64,000 bases of DNA from an uncultured Gammaproteobacteria bacterium (GTDB lineage: Bacteria; Patescibacteriota; Microgenomatia; UBA10105; UBA927). The position numbers were made by a program, and so were the translations under genes. The stretch lies in contig CAZUOM010000003.1 in NCBI GenBank assembly GCA_964621305.1, forward strand, positions 14,589 to 78,588, read 5' to 3'. The notes beneath the pieces were generated by a model. That model worked only from the letters and a program-made list of their open reading frames with translations, did no database searches and was not told the DNA's origin. Shown here one piece after another: positions 56,386 to 64,000 of the stretch; position 1 is the first letter of the stretch; each line of letters starts with the position of its first letter.

Positions 56386-57232
56386 ACTTTCCATTATTGT
56401 AGTTTCTTATAATACCAAAGACCTCACGCGACAGTGTTTGGCGTCACTCCTTGCCGCCAAAACAAAAAAAGACTCATGGGAAATTATTGTCGTCGACAAC
56501 GCCTCGACCGACGGTTCGGCTCAAATAATTAAAAAGGAATTTCCAACGGTGAAACTAATGAATCAACACGGCAATCTCGGCTTTTCAGTCGGCAATAACG
56601 TTGGTATTCGACGATCTGGAGGGCGTTACATCCTGCTTCTTAATTCGGATACCGAAATAAGACCTGGATCAATTCAAAAAACGCTTGAGTTTCTCAAGAG
56701 TCAACCGGGTGTCGGAGTTGCGACGTGTAAGCTTGTGCAAGAGGATGGTTCTATGGATCCGGCCTGCCACCGAGGGTTTCCAACTCCATGGGCTTCTCTA
56801 ACGTATTTTTCCGGGCTCGAGCGACTGTTTCCCAGATTAAGATTTTTTGGACAATATCATCAAGGATATAAAGATTTACATGAGGCGCACGAAATCGATA
56901 GCCCAAGTGGAGCTTTTTTCATGGTCAGGAGAGAGGTAATCGACGCTGTTGGTCTTCTTGATGAGCAGTTTTTTATGTACGGCGAAGATCTTGATTGGGC
57001 TTATCGTATTAAACAAGCTGGGTGGAAAATAATGTTTTACCCGCAGGTGAGTGTTCTTCACAAGAAATGGCAAAGCGGAAAAGCCCACGCGGATGAAGTT
57101 ATCCGTAAAGAAACTCAAGAGCATTTTTCCGAATCAATGCAACTATTTTACAAAAAACATTACCAACACCGCTACGGGTGGCTGGTAACAGCGCTCGTTA
57201 TTTTAGGAATAAAACTTCATTCATTCAGGTAA
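56363..57232 (+). CDS. GT2 family glycosyltransferase
   Basis: LSIIVVSYNTKDLTRQCLASL...IIVVDNASTDGS...NLGFSVGNNVG...LLNSDT. Start at internal ATG 56363 is preferred; the ORF track begins at 56303, overlapping the previous gene. Confidence 0.75.
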   Translation: MPQKNHAELSIIVVSYNTKDLTRQCLASLLAAKTKKDSWEIIVVDNASTDGSAQIIKKEFPTVKLMNQHGNLGFSVGNNVGIRRSGGRYILLLNSDTEIRPGSIQKTLEFLKSQPGVGVATCKLVQEDGSMDPACHRGFPTPWASLTYFSGLERLFPRLRFFGQYHQGYKDLHEAHEIDSPSGAFFMVRREVIDAVGLLDEQFFMYGEDLDWAYRIKQAGWKIMFYPQVSVLHKKWQSGKAHADEVIRKETQEHFSESMQLFYKKHYQHRYGWLVTALVILGIKLHSFR

Positions 57233-57262
57233 ACTTACAAACCGAGATCGTTATATTATACT

Positions 57263-57278
57263 GTACATATATGTACAA
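57263..57278. promoter_or_regulatory. Perfect 16-bp palindrome tgtacatatatgtaca in the intergenic region upstream of the cohesin-dockerin gene set
   Basis: Read directly from the sequence. Lies in the 146-bp AT-rich gap 57233..57377, about 100 bp upstream of 57378 ATG. Could be an operator or promoter element. Confidence 0.25.
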
Positions 57279-57377
57279 AATAGATAAACTATTGAAGCTG
57301 GATCGGAAACTTTTTCACACGAAGTCATTAATAAAGACTTAAACTCACTTTTACCGCGATGAGGGTGTACCCCGTAT

Positions 57378-57659
57378 ATGAAAAATAAGAAAGTTGAACT
57401 CTTTTTAGTCTTTTTTCTCCTGTTGCTTCTATCAGGATTAATCTCCCTAACTCTATTTATATCATCCCAAGAAAGAATTAATGAAAAGGGGAAATTTAAG
57501 CCACCTGGAGAAAGACCTTTATGTACAAGCGACCTAAACTGTCAAAAGGGATTTTCTTGCTGGTATAAAATTCCGGCAGGACCAGCCGAAGGGGAAAAGG
57601 GATCGAGGGAAAATCCAGGCATCTGTCGGGACAACGAAGTAATAAATACGATCCTTTAG
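57378..57659 (+). CDS. Small secreted/anchored Cys-containing protein (hypothetical)
   Basis: 93 aa with N-terminal hydrophobic segment and CTSDLNCQKGFSCWY...GICRD. No family. Confidence 0.35.
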   Translation: MKNKKVELFLVFFLLLLLSGLISLTLFISSQERINEKGKFKPPGERPLCTSDLNCQKGFSCWYKIPAGPAEGEKGSRENPGICRDNEVINTIL

Positions 57660-57662
57660 TCA

Positions 57663-58865
57663 ATGAAAAATTTTCTTCTCAATATTATACTCCTGATTAT
57701 TACTGTATTTTTCACTCCCAATGTTTTCGCACAAGAAGGGCCAAATCCAGCTGTTTCTCGTCTACAAGTAAAAATCCTTAATAAAAAGACTATCTACATC
57801 AATAACCAGCCCTTTATTCCCAAAGGCATTTGGAACCCGTTTGTAGTAAGTCTTGGAGAACTGGCAAACCCAACTATTATCAGCAGCCGTATTGAAGAAC
57901 TTGGAAGTAGAAAGTTTAACTTATTGGTGGAGAAGATAAATTGTCTTAGCGCCTTTAATGCCTGTAAGAATGTTCTTGACGCTCTATCCCTATTCAATCA
58001 AAACAGGACCTCTCCAAACGAGCAGATCTGGGCTTTTTTCTCCTTACAGGATGTGCTTTACGATAAAAACCTATCCGAAGAAGAGAGGATCAGAAAAACT
58101 AAAGAAGTGGTCAGAAAAGTCTATTCATACCCATTTTTCTTAGGCATGCTTCTTGGTGATGAACCGGACTATGGTCATGCTTCAGCAACATTTCTTGCCC
58201 AAGTTAATCAAGCTATCCATCAGGAATTTCCCAATATCCTGACATTTATTGACTTGGCAAAATCAGATCCGACTAGCGTAAAATCATTTCTCACATCAGC
58301 CGATATCCTTGCCCATGAACAGCATTTTTACAAAACTATTTACACCAGCTACGAAGATTATCTTCCGAAATTGGCTACCGACGCGAAACAGTTCGTCGAT
58401 GCCACCAAAGATTCAAACGGACAATATCAAATGCCTCTTTGGGGTGCAGTCCATACGTTCGGAAATTATACAGGCTATACCGATAGTCCACCGACCCCGC
58501 AGCAACATCTTAACATTACCAAAAAATGGCTTGAGGCAGGGGTGACTGGCGTTATTTACTACGCCTACCAGCATACAAATTGGATCCTCTCTAAAGACTC
58601 ACCTCACTCCTGGCCAACTACAACTGGTAGTTTTGGTTCACCAGCGCTTTGGAACAGTCTCACAGATACTAACTCTTATATAAACAAAACATTGACAACG
58701 ACACCTGGCGATCTCAATGCAGACAACAAAGTAGATATCTTTGATTATAATTTGATGGTCCAAAACTTTAGTGCCACTAATTGTGGCAATGTGGCTGATC
58801 TTGACGGCAACTGTAGGGTGGATATTTTTGACTACAATATCTTGGTGCAAAACTTTGGGAAATAG
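57663..58865 (+). CDS. Secreted protein with C-terminal dockerin-like domain (type I dockerin repeats); N-terminal domain possibly TIM-barrel glycoside-hydrolase-like
   Basis: Signal peptide MKNFLLNIILLIITVFFTPNVFA. C-terminus GDLNADNKVDIFDYNLMVQNF...VADLDGNCRVDIFDYNILVQNFGK is a duplicated Ca-loop D.N.D..VD...D segment, typical of dockerins. LLGDEPDYG is reminiscent of GH TIM-barrel NEP-type motifs. Confidence 0.65.
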   Translation: MKNFLLNIILLIITVFFTPNVFAQEGPNPAVSRLQVKILNKKTIYINNQPFIPKGIWNPFVVSLGELANPTIISSRIEELGSRKFNLLVEKINCLSAFNACKNVLDALSLFNQNRTSPNEQIWAFFSLQDVLYDKNLSEEERIRKTKEVVRKVYSYPFFLGMLLGDEPDYGHASATFLAQVNQAIHQEFPNILTFIDLAKSDPTSVKSFLTSADILAHEQHFYKTIYTSYEDYLPKLATDAKQFVDATKDSNGQYQMPLWGAVHTFGNYTGYTDSPPTPQQHLNITKKWLEAGVTGVIYYAYQHTNWILSKDSPHSWPTTTGSFGSPALWNSLTDTNSYINKTLTTTPGDLNADNKVDIFDYNLMVQNFSATNCGNVADLDGNCRVDIFDYNILVQNFGK

Positions 58866-58931
58866 ATCGCTTGACAATGGTCTATTTATATTCCATAATT
58901 AGTAGTATATTTTACTATTTGCGAAACAAAT

Positions 58932-59588
58932 ATGAATAATCTGAAGCTGAACAATATTTTAAAACAGGCGCCCTATCTGACTAAACAAAATCTGGCGCTC
59001 GCCCTTTCTAAGGAAGGAGAGAGTTTAAATTACTGGATAAAAAAGCTCTTGAAAGAAAAGGCCTTAATCAGCCTGAAAAAGGGTTTCTATATTTCTTCTT
59101 ATTATCTCGATCTTGTTTCGCAGAACCCTTTAAACAAAGAGGCTTATTTTGAGTATTTGGCCAATTTTTTACGTTTTCCTTCTTACATTTCTTTGGAATA
59201 CGTTCTGTCTTCCCGGAATTTTCTGGCCGAAACAGCCTTTGCCATTACTTCTGTTACTGTCAAATCGCCCCGCGTATACGAATCAGAAATTACCAAGTTT
59301 GTCTACCGCAGCATCAAGCAAGAACTATTTTCCGGTTACGGATTCAAAGAATTTGGAATAAAAAGTATAAAGATTGCCAGCCTTCCCAAGGCTTTTTTCG
59401 ATTTTGTCTACCTAAAAAAATTCGCTACGGTTGAGGAAATGCGCGAGTATTTAACTGAAGGGGGAAGATTTAACTGGGATGTCATGTTACCGAACGACAA
59501 AAAGGAACTGGTACAATTAACGGAGGTCTCCGGCTCAAAAAAGATGAAATTGGTTCTTTCTATTCTTAGAAAGGCTAAAATCTTATGA
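58932..59588 (+). CDS. AbiEi-family antitoxin / transcriptional regulator (type IV TA, abortive infection)
   Basis: 218 aa with an N-terminal wHTH-like segment (LTKQNLALALSKEGESLNYWIKKLLKEKALISLKKGFYIS). 4-bp overlap with the downstream AbiEii-like gene is classic pair organisation. Confidence 0.5.
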   Translation: MNNLKLNNILKQAPYLTKQNLALALSKEGESLNYWIKKLLKEKALISLKKGFYISSYYLDLVSQNPLNKEAYFEYLANFLRFPSYISLEYVLSSRNFLAETAFAITSVTVKSPRVYESEITKFVYRSIKQELFSGYGFKEFGIKSIKIASLPKAFFDFVYLKKFATVEEMREYLTEGGRFNWDVMLPNDKKELVQLTEVSGSKKMKLVLSILRKAKIL

Positions 59589-60424
59589 TCGTTGACAAAC
59601 TAAAATCAGTCCTGGATCAATATAAAACCAATGCTAATAAGCTCTTTATCCGAAGCGCTCTTAAAGAAGCTCTGCAAGATTATGTGCTCAACTTTATCTA
59701 CAATGACGCCGATTATAAAACGCTGATTTTCACCGGCGGAACGTGTCTACGAAAAGTTTATGGTCTGCCCCGTCTTTCCGAAGATCTGGATTTTGATTTT
59801 ATAGACGGGTTTGAGATCAAAAATTTTGCCGCTGGTATCAAGGCGTATTTTATCAAAGGACTACAGTATAAAGATCTAGCTGTAAAAGTAAGCGGCGCCG
59901 GACAATCCGTTTTTCTGAAATTTCCCATCTTTAAGGATTTGGGGTTGGTCAAGAACCCGTCTGATTCGCCGTTTCTTTTCGTCAGGTGCGATTTTTCCAG
60001 AGAAACAATCGGCGTTTTTAAAACCGAAGTCAATTCTATTTCTACCACGGAATTTTCTTTTTTTTCTTTATCTTATGATCTGCCGACCCTTTTTAGCAAT
60101 AAGATTATGGCTTTCCTAAAAAGGGATTTTTTTAAAGGGAAAAAACAGGCCCTCCCTTTCAAGGGCCGGGATTTGTTTGATCTGGTCTGGTTTCTGGAAA
60201 AGTCGAAAAAATCCGATTTAAAACCAAATTGGGAAAGACTGATTAAGGGATTAACAGTGAAAAGCAAACAAGAAGTTGTTGAAAGGATTCTTGATAAAAC
60301 AGAAAGAATCGAAAAGAAAGATGTCTATACTGACCTTTCGCCTTTTATTGAAAATGGTCAGGTCCTTGATAATTTTGTCAGTAACTTTGGCAGGATAATA
60401 AAAGATAATGCCAAGTATTTTTGA
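59585..60424 (+). CDS. AbiEii/AbiGii-family nucleotidyltransferase toxin (DUF1814; type IV TA / abortive infection)
   Basis: LIFTGGTCLRKVYGLPRLSEDLDFDF matches the conserved GGTAL...R.SEDLDF nucleotidyltransferase motif of AbiEii. Confidence 0.7.
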   Translation: MIVDKLKSVLDQYKTNANKLFIRSALKEALQDYVLNFIYNDADYKTLIFTGGTCLRKVYGLPRLSEDLDFDFIDGFEIKNFAAGIKAYFIKGLQYKDLAVKVSGAGQSVFLKFPIFKDLGLVKNPSDSPFLFVRCDFSRETIGVFKTEVNSISTTEFSFFSLSYDLPTLFSNKIMAFLKRDFFKGKKQALPFKGRDLFDLVWFLEKSKKSDLKPNWERLIKGLTVKSKQEVVERILDKTERIEKKDVYTDLSPFIENGQVLDNFVSNFGRIIKDNAKYF

Positions 60425-60473
60425 CTATAATGATTATAATTTAGCGGTAAGGAATTTTGGGAAGACACAATGA
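60417..60473 (+). pseudogene. Remnant of a dockerin repeat 3' end (IFDYNDYNLAVRNFGKTQ*) between the AbiEii stop and the next gene start
   Basis: Alternate frame spanning the AbiEii stop translates to SIFDYNDYNLAVRNFGKTQ-stop, homologous to the IFDYNILVGNFGKTN* C-termini of the flanking dockerin proteins. Its TGA overlaps the ATG of 60470. Confidence 0.5.
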
Positions 60474-61636
60474 AAAAAATTATTCTTCTCACTTTTATAC
60501 TTCTTATTTCCGCTTTAACGCTTACCCCCAACGTTTTAGCACAAGATGCTCCGGGCGTGCCCGTGGTTCCCTTCGTTTTCGCCGTTGACATTATGGGTCA
60601 GGGGTATTCCTCTGAAAATTGTAACGCGCTGAGGACCAGAGCCGGCTATTGCTTTGGACTGGAGACAGACTTGGAGAAAATAAAGAAAGCCTACAATACA
60701 ATCAATGTGGTTTCCAGCATACCTGCATATTGGGATAGGTGGCTGATACGTGTTATTCAAAAAGCTAGGGAGAAAAACTTGGCAGTGATTATCAATAGTA
60801 GTACCGCTACAAATGTCGAACAATGGTTTACTGATTTATCACTGAAGGTGAAAAACCATCCCAATGTGATAGGTTTTCGGGTGGTTGATGAGATTGGTAG
60901 TACGAACACTATTGACTTCTGGTTATCTTATCTCAGAAAGACAAAAGCCGGTATCAGAAAAAATTCTCAAGCTCCAATTATGGTTGACGTCATTCCCTGT
61001 GAATATGTGCATAATAATCCTTCATGGTGTCAGGAGAAATATCCAGCCATGACGCTTTCGGCTATTGACCGGTATGTAAATTCCGGTTATATCGATGCCC
61101 TCATTTTATCGTTGGGTAATGACTTGGAAGCAGATTTAAAAACTGCGGTTGATAGATGGGGAGGAAAGGTGAAGATTTATGTTCGCAATGGAAGTGCTAT
61201 TAAGTTGAATTTATCATTTCCCCCGGATGCCGAAATAAAAACAAAGATATTAAACCGCCAAAATTTTATCAGGGATAACGGAGCAATCGGAACAAGTGAT
61301 TATGCCTGGAGACATGAAAGCAGTCCCGGAGACGAATATAGAATGTTAAACGCAGACGGAACGGAAACAAGTATCTATCGCGCTCTGGTCGCCACATTTC
61401 AGGCATTCGGAAGTCCAAGATTCAATTTTCCCGCACCGCCAATTTCAACGCCAACGCCTATATTACTACCCGGCGATCTCAACAGAGACAACAAAGTAGA
61501 CATCTTTGATTATAACTTATTGGTCCAGCACTTTGGCAACACCACTTGCCGCAATGTGGCTGATATTGACGGCAACTGCAAGGTGGATATTTTTGACTAT
61601 AATATCCTGGTAGGGAATTTTGGGAAAACGAACTAG
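60470..61636 (+). CDS. Secreted protein with C-terminal dockerin-like domain; N-terminal domain possibly TIM-barrel hydrolase-like
   Basis: Signal peptide MKKIILLTFILLISALTLTPNVLA. C-terminus GDLNRDNKVDIFDYNLLVQHF...VADIDGNCKVDIFDYNILVGNFGKTN. Internal FRVVDEIGS beta-strand-acid motif. Confidence 0.65.
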   Translation: MKKIILLTFILLISALTLTPNVLAQDAPGVPVVPFVFAVDIMGQGYSSENCNALRTRAGYCFGLETDLEKIKKAYNTINVVSSIPAYWDRWLIRVIQKAREKNLAVIINSSTATNVEQWFTDLSLKVKNHPNVIGFRVVDEIGSTNTIDFWLSYLRKTKAGIRKNSQAPIMVDVIPCEYVHNNPSWCQEKYPAMTLSAIDRYVNSGYIDALILSLGNDLEADLKTAVDRWGGKVKIYVRNGSAIKLNLSFPPDAEIKTKILNRQNFIRDNGAIGTSDYAWRHESSPGDEYRMLNADGTETSIYRALVATFQAFGSPRFNFPAPPISTPTPILLPGDLNRDNKVDIFDYNLLVQHFGNTTCRNVADIDGNCKVDIFDYNILVGNFGKTN

Positions 61637-62447
61637 TGCTGCTAGAATGAATACATTGAAAAAATATTTGGGGATTATTCTGTTGGCAGTTGCGGTACTT
61701 GGTACCGCTGGGTGGGTATCTAGGCCCCAAAATACACAGGAAACTCGCAGCAGGGCCTGGGCGGCAAGCACTCTGTCGTTTGACCCATCGAATGCGTCTG
61801 TTGGCGTGGGACAGCTGGTTTCACTAGACGTCAAAATCACGCCTGCGACAAATATTGTAAGTGCAACAGAGCTCTATTTTCGGTACGACCCTGCAAGAGT
61901 TGAGTTGCTAAGTATCGTACCCTCGTCTGCTTTTTCTGCAATACTTTCTGCTGCATCCATTAATAACGCGACTGGGCAAGCCAGTATTACAGTCGGTACG
62001 CCTCCGCTGTCGCCGGTCAAAGATCCAACATCGGTAGCAACCATTTCATTTCGTACGAAAACTGCTGGTTCGCCAACCACCGTTACCTTCACTTCTGCCA
62101 CCAAAGTGGCCGCGCTTAATGAGAAAGGCAATGTTGTCTCATCTCTGACGCCCGCTACGATCGCCATCCTTTTACCCACGCCTACGCCAACCCCCATTCC
62201 CACTGTGACACCCACGCCGACACCACGACCGACGGTAACCCCGACACCTACTCCCACTGCAACGCCCACGCCTACCCCAACGCCACTGCCGGGAGATCTG
62301 GATCGAGACGGAGACGTGGATATTTACGACTACAATATCCTGGTTACAAACTTTGGACGAACTGGAACAAATGTGGCAGATATTGACGGCAACGGCAAAG
62401 TAGATATTTTTGACTACAATATCATCGTAACGAATTTCGGCAAGTGA
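61620..62447 (+). CDS. Cohesin-like domain protein with Pro/Thr linker and C-terminal dockerin-like domain (adaptor-like)
   Basis: N-terminal TM/signal. About 135-aa domain TLSFDPSNASVGVGQLVSLDVKITPATNIVSATELYFRYDPARVELLSIVP...ITVGTPPLSP...ATISFRTK follows the cohesin pattern (...DF.L.YDP..LE...). PTPTPTPIPTVTPTPTPRPTVTPTPTPTATPTPTPTP linker; C-terminal GDLDRDGDVDIYDYNILVTNF...VADIDGNGKVDIFDYNIIVTNFGK. Confidence 0.6.
   Translation: MGKRTSAARMNTLKKYLGIILLAVAVLGTAGWVSRPQNTQETRSRAWAASTLSFDPSNASVGVGQLVSLDVKITPATNIVSATELYFRYDPARVELLSIVPSSAFSAILSAASINNATGQASITVGTPPLSPVKDPTSVATISFRTKTAGSPTTVTFTSATKVAALNEKGNVVSSLTPATIAILLPTPTPTPIPTVTPTPTPRPTVTPTPTPTATPTPTPTPLPGDLDRDGDVDIYDYNILVTNFGRTGTNVADIDGNGKVDIFDYNIIVTNFGK
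62170..62285 (+). repeat. Pro/Thr-linker coding repeats (ACN-CCN)n
   Basis: Encodes PTPTPTPIPTVTPTPTPRPTVTPTPTPTATPTPTPTPLP between the cohesin-like and dockerin-like modules. Antisense gives the spurious GVGVGV ORF 61874..62269. Confidence 0.8.
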
Positions 62448-62466
62448 ATTTTGGTATGCTGGATCT

Positions 62467-63015
62467 ATGGCTAAATCTCAGAGGCAAAATCATTGGCTGA
62501 TGCCACTTATCATCGTGGCATTGGTGGTGCTCGGAGTATACGCTGTGGTGCGACTAAAGATTCCTTTGTTACCCACGTTTTCATCTGTGTCGCAGGTTGC
62601 CGCGGATACCACGCTGTCGTTTGTTCCTGCGACTCTGACGGGGAAAGTCGGCGAGACCAAAACTCTTGCCATTGCCGTTTCTTCCGGCAAAAACACCCTG
62701 ACAGGAGCGGAGTTTCAACTTTCCATCGACTCCTCTGTTGCGCGCATTCAGAAAGCCTCCGCTGCATCTTTTTTTGAAAAGCCGACAGTTCTTGCAAACG
62801 TTCTCTCAAAGTCAGGCAGTTCCCTTCACTTTGCCGTCGGCAGTTTGACTCCTAAGCAGGGAGACGGAACATTAGTAAACATTACGATGCGCCTGATCAA
62901 GCCGGGGAGCATAGCTATGAGTTTTTTTGACGTCAAGATTGCGGCGGTGGGCGCCGGATCAACCAATGTCTTTCGTGCAGCCTCGCCGATTACAATTACT
63001 GTGACAAAACCATGA
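62467..63015 (+). CDS. Membrane-anchored cohesin-like domain protein
   Basis: N-terminal TM (WLMPLIIVALVVLGVYAVV), then TLSFVPATLTGKVGETKTLAIAVSSGKNTLTGAEFQLSIDSSVARIQ...LVNITMRLIKPG, the same domain pattern as 61620 and 63012. Confidence 0.55.
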   Translation: MAKSQRQNHWLMPLIIVALVVLGVYAVVRLKIPLLPTFSSVSQVAADTTLSFVPATLTGKVGETKTLAIAVSSGKNTLTGAEFQLSIDSSVARIQKASAASFFEKPTVLANVLSKSGSSLHFAVGSLTPKQGDGTLVNITMRLIKPGSIAMSFFDVKIAAVGAGSTNVFRAASPITITVTKP

Positions 63016-63827
63016 AATTGCTTCGTCCGTTTCTGCCATTTTTGGTGCTGGCATTTGTCTTAGGTGTGTTGGTAACGGCGGTGCAAAAGCCACAGGAACT
63101 CCGAAGGAAAGCCGCACCGGCCACCACCCTTTCATTTTCTCCTGCCAACCTTTCGGTCCATCCCGGCGACACATTTGACGTGAGCATACTAGTGGAAACA
63201 GGAGAAAATACTATTTCCGCCGCCGACATTAGCATTTCCTTTGACAAGAATAAACTGCAGGGCAAATCGATAGTAGCCGACGACTTTCTGACGAATGTCC
63301 TGATCTCCGGAGCTATTGGCGATGGTAAAGCGACCATCACCCTCGGCAGTCCGCCAACATCTCCTAAAAAGGGAAACGGAAAGCTTGCAACCGTCATATT
63401 TCGGGCAAAAGACTCAGGGACAACACAAGTAAGTTTTACTGACGCAACGCAAATTGCCGGTATCGGAGAGAACACAAATGTTATTATCGGGAAAACTCCG
63501 GCAACCGTAACGATTGGGAGCGGCGGCAGTGTATCCAAACCCACGCTGACTCCCACGCCACGGCGCTCCAGTCAGTCGAAGACCCAGCCATCGCCGGTAC
63601 CACCGGCCGAGGTTTCCGCCCAATTGAGTACGTGTACTTGTGGCGACGGCATATGTCAGAAAGACAACTGTGGGGAGTCTGCTTTTACCTGTGCGGCTGA
63701 CTGTAAATCCGTCGCTTCAGATGCTACCGGTTTACCGACATTGCCTATCGTGTCCGAAAAAAACTCTGAGCCCTTCTTTGTCAGTTTCGTTAGAAAAGTA
63801 CTCAGTCTTTTTGGCATCAGATTTTAG
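63012..63827 (+). CDS. Cohesin-like domain protein with Cys-rich C-terminal region
   Basis: Signal/TM, then TLSFSPANLSVHPGDTFDVSILVETGENTISAADISISFDKNKLQ...ATITLGSPPTSP...ATVIFRAKDSG. C-terminal STCTCGDGICQKDNCGESAFTCAADCKS. Confidence 0.55.
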   Translation: MKLLRPFLPFLVLAFVLGVLVTAVQKPQELRRKAAPATTLSFSPANLSVHPGDTFDVSILVETGENTISAADISISFDKNKLQGKSIVADDFLTNVLISGAIGDGKATITLGSPPTSPKKGNGKLATVIFRAKDSGTTQVSFTDATQIAGIGENTNVIIGKTPATVTIGSGGSVSKPTLTPTPRRSSQSKTQPSPVPPAEVSAQLSTCTCGDGICQKDNCGESAFTCAADCKSVASDATGLPTLPIVSEKNSEPFFVSFVRKVLSLFGIRF

Positions 63828-63888
63828 CCAAACGCCAGCGCCTAGATAAACTTTTTTCCCTCAATGGTTTATAATTGGTACTACTTCT

Positions 63889-64000
63889 ATGCGCATAGGA
63901 ATCGATGCACGACTTATCAATGAGACCGGGGTGGGGAGGTATATCAATAATCTCGTTAAAGAGCTGGGGGAGATTGAGAAAAACAATAATTACATCGTTT
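63889..64000 (+). CDS. GT4 glycosyltransferase, N-terminal fragment (continues beyond window end)
   Basis: ATG at 63889 opens MRIGIDARLINETGVGRYINNLVKELGEIEKNNNYIV, a typical GT4 N-terminus like 19467 and 47570. A TATAAT hexamer sits at 63870..63875. Confidence 0.45.
   Translation, partial: MRIGIDARLINETGVGRYINNLVKELGEIEKNNNYIV

Noticed and set aside
61874-62269. Minus-strand ORF encoding GVGVGVGV repeats
   Set aside because: Antisense of the Pro/Thr-linker coding repeats of 61620..62447.
62996-63556. 186-aa minus-strand ORF
   Set aside because: Antisense to the cohesin-like gene 63012..63827, which has clear paralogs; no independent support.

Overview
This 64-kb window is almost entirely a cell-surface glycosylation locus from what looks like an uncultivated bacterium. 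The dense, frequently overlapping genes and the large expansions of GT-C membrane glycosyltransferases suggest a CPR/Microgenomates-like lineage, but that is inference only. Genes are tightly packed with many ATGA-type start/stop overlaps, and I recognised no rRNA, tRNA or CRISPR. The content is: (i) a 5' array of paralogous polytopic membrane proteins, namely 5 GT39/PMT_2 (ArnT-like), 1 long and 4 short YfhO-like (one 5'-partial), and 2 GT87/DUF2029-like; (ii) many GT2 and GT4 glycosyltransferases, a MOP-type flippase, an O-antigen-ligase-like fusion protein, and NDP-sugar enzymes (UXS, GalE, an Fcl/ColC-like reductase, an SDR epimerase/dehydratase, a DegT-family enzyme with His in place of the PLP lysine as in ColD/E1 3-dehydratases, and a hexapeptide acetyltransferase); (iii) a 14-kb AT-rich, all-minus-strand island at 29.6-43.4 kb carrying GT2/GT4 genes, two SAM methyltransferases and a membrane protein with a C-terminal discoidin (F5/8 type C) domain; (iv) at the 3' end, a compact cohesin-dockerin-like gene set (two secreted dockerin proteins and three cohesin-like proteins, one of which has both modules) interrupted by an AbiEi/AbiEii toxin-antitoxin pair that left a dockerin remnant. 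Related heptanucleotide tandem repeats (consensus about AWHTCAA, roughly 4 copies) lie inside several glycosyltransferase CDSs and could drive slipped-strand phase variation. A 120-bp, 119/120-identical inverted repeat links two GT39 paralogs across a 6-kb segment. The most interesting candidate is the cohesin-dockerin-like surface assembly module embedded in this glycosylation island.
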